Of a DNA stretch of 64,000 nucleotides, positions 17,248 to 26,200 are shown one piece after another. Both the position numbers and the translations under genes were made by a program. The stretch comes from Macrostomum lignano (lineage: Eukaryota): positions 45,489-109,488 of the forward strand of contig NIVC01003072.1 in NCBI GenBank assembly GCA_002269645.1, given 5' to 3'. Within the stretch, counting starts at the first letter, position 1. Every line of letters begins with the position of its first letter. The notes under the pieces are model-generated. The model searched no databases, had not been told where the DNA came from, and saw only the letters and a program-made list of their open reading frames with translations.

Positions 17248-20200
17248 CTGCGGGAGTTGATCGGTTTAATCATTGGTAAACATAAAGTTGTTTGGCGCCA
17301 TCGATTCTTATCGTTTAGTTTGGCGCCATTTGTGTCTAGGTTGACGCCTTTAGTGTCTAGTTTGGCGCCATTTGTGTCTAGTTTGGCGCCATTTGTGTCT
17401 TATTTAAAAGCCCTAAAAATCGCCCAAGATCACCATTGACGAGCACAGCAGGCCTGTCGGGCACAGACGCAGTCTGGGACTCAATCAACGGCAGCTCCTC
17501 CACGCTGGCACCTGGCGGCGCGCTTTGCCGCTGACTGTCAACGGTGAATCTGGACAAAACTTTCGAATCGAAATTCGACGAACTCATATCTTTGACACTC
17601 GCCAGCATGCTGTCAATCTCTGCTATCCGTATTGACGCGTTGGCCGCCTTCGTCGCTGTCTCCGCCTTCTGAAGCTTCATCTGGGCGAGGCAGCGACTCT
17701 GCAGGCCCCTGAAAGCCTGGCCGACATTCTGTCCGGTGCGGGCGCTGACGCCCCAGCACAGCTCGACGCCGTGCGACTTGGCGAACACGTCAGCCTCCTC
17801 CTGAGTCACGGCGGCCTCATCCGAGTCGCTCTTGTTGGCCACCAAAGCCACGGGCGTGGACTCTGGCGCGGAGGCCCGCAGCTCCTGCAGCCAGCGCTCG
17901 CAGCTGTCGAAGCTGTCGCGGTTCGAGGCGTCGAAGATCAGCAGGGCGCCGGCGCAGCCTCGGTAGTAGGCGCTCGTGATGGAGCGGAACCTGCGGATGT
18001 CGGGGAGGGGCGAAGGGCGGTCTAAGGGGTGTTATGGTTTAGGTTTTATGATCCGGGTGTTATGATCCAGGTGGTACGATCCAGGTGTTATAATCCAAGT
18101 GTTATGATCCAGGTGTTATGATCCAGGTGTTATAATCCAGGTGTTATAATCCAGGTGTTATGATCCAGGTGTTATGATTCAGATATTATGATCCAAGATT
18201 TATAATTTGAGTGTCATGTCATGCTTCCGGTGTTTTAATATAGGTTTATGAGCCTAGATCATAAATGGGCAACCCCCCTGATTTACACTGGCCATGTGAC
18301 TTACTTTTTGACCAAAAATGCGACTTACCTGTGAAAGAAACCCTAGAGCAACATTAACGCAATTTTGGGTAAACGGCAGGAGTAACCATGACTCTCTTTT
18401 AAGGGCTAAATGCCTCGTCATCTAATTAGTACTACGTCTGTATTCTTTGGGGTGGGCATTTTTGCGACTTACCCCTGGTCCACCACAATTTATGGTGGCC
18501 AGATCGGCCAGCAGTTGCGCATGTATGGCCTAGATTCATGATTCAGTTATTATGATCCAGGTGTTATGGTCCCTGTTGTCTAATGAGTTAGTGATAGTAA
18601 CTTATGTGTAAATCTAATGGGTTTTATAGCACATAATTTCGTCCAAAAATAAAGTTGATAAAGGAAACAGCGAGCTATCCGACTTCAACCTCACCTCTGT
18701 TGTCCCGCCGTATCCCAAATCTGAGTTTGCACTCGCGACCCGTCAATGTCGCTGTTCACCACGCGAAAGTCCACTCCGATGGTGGGCATTGCCTTGAGGC
18801 TCTCGTCAAATTCCTGGTCAATAAATCGGCGGACCAGGCAGGACTTGCCGACGCCGGAGTCTCCGATTAGCACCGCTGCGTGGGAGTGGGCGGCGCGACG
18901 TGATGGACAACAAGCATTGTCACACCCACCTCACTCTACACCCACCTCCGAACCTCACTCCACTCCGCACCCACCTCACTCCGCACTCACCTCATTCCGC
19001 ACTGACCTCATTCCACACCCACCTCACTACACACCCACCTCACTCCGCACTCACCCCACTCCACACCCGCTTCACTCCGTATCCACCCCACTCTAAATCC
19101 ACCCAACTCCGCACCCACCCCACTCCGCACTCACCCCACTCCACACCCGCTTCACTCCGTATCCACCCCACTCTAAATCCACCCAACTCCGCACCCACCC
19201 CACTCCGCACTCACCTCACTCCGCACTCACCTCACTCCGGATCCACCCCACTCCGCACTCACCTCACTACACACCCACCTCACTCCGCACTCACCTCACT
19301 CCGCACTCACCTCACTCCTGATCCACCCCACTCCGCACCCACCTCTCTCCGCACCCACCTCACTCCGCACTCACCTCACTCCGCACCCACCTCACTCCGC
19401 ACTCACCTCACTCCGCACCCACCTCACTCCGCACCCACCTCACTCCGCACCCACCTCACTCCGCACCCACCTCACTCCACACCCGCCGCACTCCGCACCC
19501 AGCTCACTCCACACCCACCTCACTCCACACCCGCCGCACTCCGCACCCAGCTCACTCCGCATATCCATCTCACTTCGCACCCACGTAACAGTCAGATGGT
19601 AAAGACAAGGATGCTATATCTCACTTTTTATCACATAGTCAGGAGAGCGATCATCGTTTAGGTTTGCCTGTCCCACTGCTGCTGGCTTCGAAATGGGAGA
19701 CTCCTTCGACTGCTTAGTAGATTTACTCGCATTAATGGCCTTCGGAGCGAAAGCAGCCGATTCGTTTGACTGCTGGGTCTGTGTCGAACTGGGAATCGGT
19801 TATAAAGAGAAAATATTTGCGTTGTTATGCGGATGAAGTTGTGTTGCTATGGGGATGAAATCGTGTTGCTATGTGCTTGAGGTTTTATTGCCATGGGGAT
19901 GAATTTTTGTTGCTATGGGGGATGAAATCGTGTTGTCATGTGTTTGAGGTTGTGTTGCGATGGGGATGATGTTGTGTTGCTATGACGATGAGAATGTATA
20001 GCTAAAAGGGATTAAATGCTGTTGCAAAGGCCAAACACCAACCCGAATTGCTGGCTCTGGCTCTGCAGAACCCGACTCTGCAGGCCCCTGAATGCCTGGC
20101 CGACATTCTGTCCGGTGCGAGCGCTGACCCCCCAGCACAGCTCGACGCCGTGCGACTTGGCAAATTCGTAAGCCTCCTCCTGAGTCACGGCGGCCTCATC

Positions 20201-23200
20201 CGAGTCGCTCTTGTTGGCCACCAGAACCGCGGCCGTGGAGTCTGGCGCGTTGGCCCGCAGCTCCTGCAGCCAGCGCTCGCAGCTATCGAAGCTGTCGCGG
20301 TTCGAGGCGTCGAAGATCAGCAGGGCGCCGGCGCAGCCTCGGTAGTAGGCGCTCGTGATGGAGCGGAACCTGCGGATGTCGGGTAATTTATGGATGGGTT
20401 TGGCCCCAGTCTAACAGTAACAGGTGTCTCTGTCTAACAGGTGTGAGGCCCCAGTCTAACAGGTGTCTCTGTCTAACAGGTGTGAGGCCCCAGTCTAACA
20501 GGTGTCTCTGTCTAACAGGTGTGAGGCCACTGTCTAACAGGTGTGAGGCCTCTGTCTAACAGGTGTGAGGCCTCTGTCTAACAGGTGTGAGGCCTCTGTC
20601 TAACAGGTGTGAGGCCTCTGTCTAACAGGTGTGAGGGCCCAGTCTAACAAGTGTGAGGCCTCTGTCTAACATATAAGCCTTCTCAGGCTAGCGTAATTCC
20701 ATCTCAAACTTACCTCTCGGCACCAGCTGTGTCCCAGAACACACTCTTGACTCGACAGCCATCAATATTGTCTTTCACAGCTCGAAATTCCACTCCAATA
20801 GTTTGCGGCATTTCGTTAGTCGAATAAAATTCTTTGTCTGCAAATCGCTGAAGCAAGCTGGACTTCCCAACACCGGAGTCACCAATTAGAAGAACTGAAT
20901 GATAGATTGAATGAGCGTAATGCAATAATTCTTTATTTTTACCTTCTACAATAAAACAGTTCAATCCTGCTTACCTTTCATCTGATAATCAATATGTTCG
21001 TTAGAATTTTCACTTTTCTTAGGCACCAACTGAGGCAATTGTCGCATGTCAGTTGACTTCATTGGAGCCTGATTTGAACTCAATCTGTGCATACATGTGC
21101 AACCTCCAAAATTCGGTCAGCCGTGCGACTTAGTTTTAACAAAAATGCGACGTAGTTTTTGGCCAAAAATGCGACTTACATATAAAAAAACCCGAAAGCA
21201 AAATTAACGCAACTTTGGGTAAACGGCAGGAGTAACTATGACTGTTTTATTAAGCTAAAATGCCTCGTCAGCTACTTAGTACTACTCTTCAGGTTATTTT
21301 TTGGGTGGGCATTTTTGCGACTTCCTTGATTGGCCGCCAAATCGGTCGGCCGGATCGGCCGACTCGGCCGACTGTTGCGCATGTATGAATCTGTGGGAAG
21401 GCGAAACCCTAAGTTCTTGGTTACCATGCGAGAGTATCTTGTTGCTATGCGAGACTAGCGTATTGCTATGCGAGACTAGCGTGTTGCTATGCGAGACTAG
21501 CGTGTTGCTATGCGAGACTAGCGTGTTGCTATGCGAGACTAGCGTGTTGCTACGCGAGACTAGCATGTTGCTATGCGAGACTAGCGTGTTGCTATGCGAG
21601 ACTAGCGTGTTGCTATGCGAGACTATCGTGTTGCTATGCTTTCTATTCTGAAACTTTCAGTAGCTCAATAACTAACCCATCAACTTTGCTCTGCAGCACC
21701 CGACTCTGCAGGCCCCTGAAAGCCTGGCCGACATTCTGTCCGGTGCGAGCGCTGACGCCCCAGCACAGCTCGACGCCGTGCGACTTGGCGAACTCGGCCG
21801 CTTCCTCCTGAGTCACGGCGGCCTCATCCGAGTCGCTCTTGTTGGCCACCAGAACCACGGACATGGACTCTGGCGCGGAAGCCCGCAGCTCCTGCAGCCA
21901 GCGCTCGCAGCTATCGAAGCTGTCGCGGTTCGAGGCGTCGAAGACCAGCAAGGCGCCGGCGCAGCCTCGGTAGTAGGATGATATTATCGTGCGGAATCTG
22001 GAGTTTTGTTGAAGTCAGAGGCAAGTGTACATTAGGGGGTAGAGATTGAATGGGGTTGGTCAGACAGACAAGTGTACATTTGGAAGGGGTAGAGATTGAA
22101 TGGGATGATAAGAGACAAGTGTACGAGCGTACATTTGGAGGGGGTAGGAATTGAATGGGATTGGTCAGACAAGTGTACATTAGGGGGTAGAGATTCGGGC
22201 TTGATCAGAGGCAAGTGCGCACAAGTAAAAATGCAAGGAATCACCTCTCTTGTCCAGCGGTGTCCCAGATCTGGCACTTGATGCTTGACCCATCGATTTC
22301 ATTTTTAACAATTTTGAAGTCCACACCAATTGTTGGGATCGCGTTTTGACTTTCTTCGAATGAGTTTTCAGCAAATCTGCGCAACAGGCAGGATTTCCCG
22401 ACTCCGGAATTGCCTATGAGCAGCACTGTGGAATTAAAGATAAACAAGACGATTTCTTAATATACATGTAAAAAGCCATTTAAGGACAAATATTTTTAAT
22501 TTAAACTGGAAGAAATCGCACATTTTATCAAGCGTTGCTGTTTTGCTTCAGCTGCCGTCTCGGATCCGTCAACAGCAGTTCTGGACTCTGGGTTTTGAGC
22601 TGCTTTGGCTTCATTTTGTCTGAAAAGAATGTTTGGTAAAGTGAGTTTTGAATAGAACTACGTGTAGACACGTTCTTAACCGAACCAGACACGTTCTTAA
22701 CCGAACCAGACACGTTCTTAACCGAACTAGACACGTTCTTAACCGAACCAGACACGTTCTTAACCGAACCAGACACGTTCTTAACCGAACTAGACACGTT
22801 CTTAACCGAACCAGACACGTTCTTAACCGAACCAGGCACGTTCTTAACCGAACCAGACACGTTCTTAACCGAACCAGACACGTTCTAGCGGCATTATACA
22901 CTTTCACAGAGTTAAAAACACATTTTACCAAAATCAGACCAGGTTAGAGCTGTTTAGAGCGCGCTCAAACTCACTCAGTTTTGCTGCCTTCAACTCCCTG
23001 ACCATCTGCCGTGGTGGCAGCGGCAGCGACTGCGGCGGCAGCGACCTGCCTCACCAGTTCCTTCCTGTCGTCGCCCCAGGCCCGGAATCGCCGAAAGAAC
23101 TCTTTGTCGGGTCGATCGTGCAAAGCGGCCCAATCCAGGCCCTGAGCAGACCGCGACATCGGATGTCTGCTCAACCAATCCTGCCGTCTAGCCGTCATAT

Positions 23201-26200
23201 CATCGCTTGTCGTCGCTGCAGCAGCAGCTTCAGCCGAGTCTTTGGACTCGCTTAGCAACTCAATAGCGAGAATGTAGGCCTGATCTAGCCATCGAATATA
23301 AGAGCCGTAGCATTCAGTCTGTTCGATGACGTCATTGGCCAAGGCAAAGGCTCGTTTGGGATTGCCGGCGGCTCGGTGCAGCCTTTAGAGATTAAAAAGT
23401 ATTAAAATTATTGAATCTCAATTAGATGACCCAAGTTTACCAAAAGATTGACAGACTCATGCAGGGATTAACAGACTTAAAATCCCAGGCTCAAAATCTC
23501 AGACTCAAAACCTCACAGACTCAAAATCTCACAGACTCAAATCTTACAGAATCAAAGTCTCACAGAATCAAAATCTCAAAGGCTCAAATCTCAGAGACTC
23601 AAAATCTCAGACTCAAAATCTCAGACTCAAAATCTCACAGACTCAAAATCTCACACTCACTCAAAATCTCACACTCAAAATCTCACAGACTCAAAATCAC
23701 CCAGACTCAAAATCTCACATACTCAAAATCACCCAGACTCAAAATCTCAAAGACTCAAAATCACCCAGACTCAAAATCTCACCGACTCAAAATCTCAGAC
23801 TCCAAATCCCAGACTCCAAACCTCACAGACTCAAACTCTCCCAGATTCAAAATCACCCAGACTCAAAATCTGACAGACTCAAAATCTCACAGACTCAAAA
23901 TCTCACAGACTCAAAATCTCAGAATAAAAAATCTGACAAACAAAAAATGACCCACTTAGCCAACTGGAGTTTAGCTCTGAGCAGCAGGTGCCCTTGAGCT
24001 GGCTGGCTGTCAATCAGCGCTTCTAGAGCTTCATCAGCCAGCCGCTCAGCCTCCGGACGGTACTCCCCCGAAGGCACATCGGCCAGAAGTCTGCCCAGAC
24101 AGATTCTGGCTTGCACAGCAGCCGGACTGTGCCGACCGATGGTATTCGAGAAAATTTCAACAGATTTTCTACCGAATTCGATGGCGACTTGAAGAAGTTC
24201 AACTGGCAGCATGGCGGGGTTCGCTAGGCGAGCAGCTTGGGCTAAATTAGTCATCAAGGAGGCAGCGTTGGGATGCTGAGATGCCGACTCGCCAGAGCTC
24301 ATTCTGACTGCGGCTAGAGAGGCTTCCACGTGAGCGACAACTTCTTGGGGCTCCGCAATTGCACCCTGACCGCGGCGGCTGCGATGACGGAGCCGGAGAA
24401 GGTGCGCCAACGACAGGTGCGACTGGACTTCGGCTAGTAGCGGGTGCTGGTAGCCCAGGATGAGCTGAGCGAATAAAGATGCGTTCTGGAATTTGATGGA
24501 TAGGAAATTTATTAAATTTTATAAGAATGAGGTGAGAATTAGCCTTAGAAACGGAATTGATTTTTCCTAGAAAGAGAGAATAAGTTTCCTATAGAATGAG
24601 ATCCAATTTTTACGAAAAGAACGAAGTTTTTTAGCTGATGCGATATTTTCTAAGAATTAGGTGTAATCTAAAAATTATATTTTGTTAGAACAGAACGACA
24701 TTGGCGGAATTAGTTGGATTGATGTTAGCATTCGTCAGCAAATGAAATCAGTGGTTCCTTTGTTTATTGGTGTATTAGGAACGAATAAAGAAAAAGGGGA
24801 AGATAAAGATATGACGATGCGCCTGCCGTATATTTATAGATATGACTTGGTTTTCGAGAAAGTTCTAAAAATATTTTCTACAGTATAACAAATTTAACGT
24901 GCTGATTAATTTACAGATAATTACACAGATATTTACTATGCTATATCCAGGACGTTTACTATACTATTTACTATAGTACATAATTTAGTATTCATTAATA
25001 AATGCTTGAAACTAGCTCGTAGAATATTATTAGGTGAAGATAAACTTCTGCAAAGATCGCGACATTTGGATTTGTGCATGGTTTCTAGAATGTTAGATTA
25101 ATACGGTTAATGAAAGTTTCTCGAACGAAGGGCGGTACAATGTCAAATCGATTCTTATTTAAAATTTACATCGGACTATCTTAAGATACTGACATGGTTT
25201 TTAAACCATGAGATACTTAAGATTGCACCGAATTACTTACTTAAAAGCTAAAAAAATTACACTAAAATAACTATTACTTAAAAAAACTAAATTTTCTGAC
25301 TTTGGTTTGTTTCCTTCTTAGAATGACATCGTATAAATTTCGATACAGTAAAAATAAAATTCGTTTTTCATACATATGAGACCAAATAGTTTTCTAGGGA
25401 TGTTAGAGAGATATTTCCAAACACTAGAAAATAAAACTTTGCACACCCGTGACCAAACTTACCACAGCAACTTCGACTCCAAAATCATCTTGACAGAAAG
25501 CGTTTGAAAATTTGACAAAGTTTAACAACGACTTGATGTATTCCGGCGATTCTGTTTTGTAAAATTTGCTGAAATAATAATAAATTAAAATTTATGTTAA
25601 TATTAAGTCAAGCGGGTATGGAAATTACAAAAAAGTACTTACTAAGCATGCTGTACGCAAGCAACAGCTAATTTTTCCGCTTTTCCTTCATCGGAATTTG
25701 TTAGGTAAAGTTGCAAAGCGTGGTAGAGAATTTTGAAGACGGCCTCTGTATCATTAAGATCCACAGTCTAAAATTGATATTTTATAAAATTTTCCAAGTA
25801 TAAAAGAAATCTTTTCTATATTCGCTCAAGAGACGACTCAATTTATGTATAATTACCATAATTTAAATTCAATAAAAGTCTTTTTAATTTAAATTTTTAC
25901 TTACTATTTTTCGTTTTTTTATTATTATATATTAAAAAACGTAAGAAAAAAATAAATATAACTAAATATTTAATAGAGCTATTGATCATTTAAAACTATA
26001 AGTAAAACAAATAATAATGAATCCTGTTTAATAAAAGAAAACTCTGCAGGCCCGCACTGGCAAATAATTAATCAATTAATATTCTTATGCTTGCATATTC
26101 TAAAAAATCTAAAAACAAATTAGCATGCACTCACCGAGATGGCGCTACCAAAAGCACCCAACGCGGACGCCAGGCTACCCTGGTCCAGCAGCATCCGACC

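Noticed and set aside
15751-22447. Reading the region as four separate tandem Rab genes or pseudogenes
   Set aside because: No domain has its own start codon or CC terminus, and in-frame linker exons with canonical splice sites connect them. Read-through stops after the second exons (..KVSE, ..CNSI, ..MAPN) lie in introns, although retained-intron isoforms are possible.
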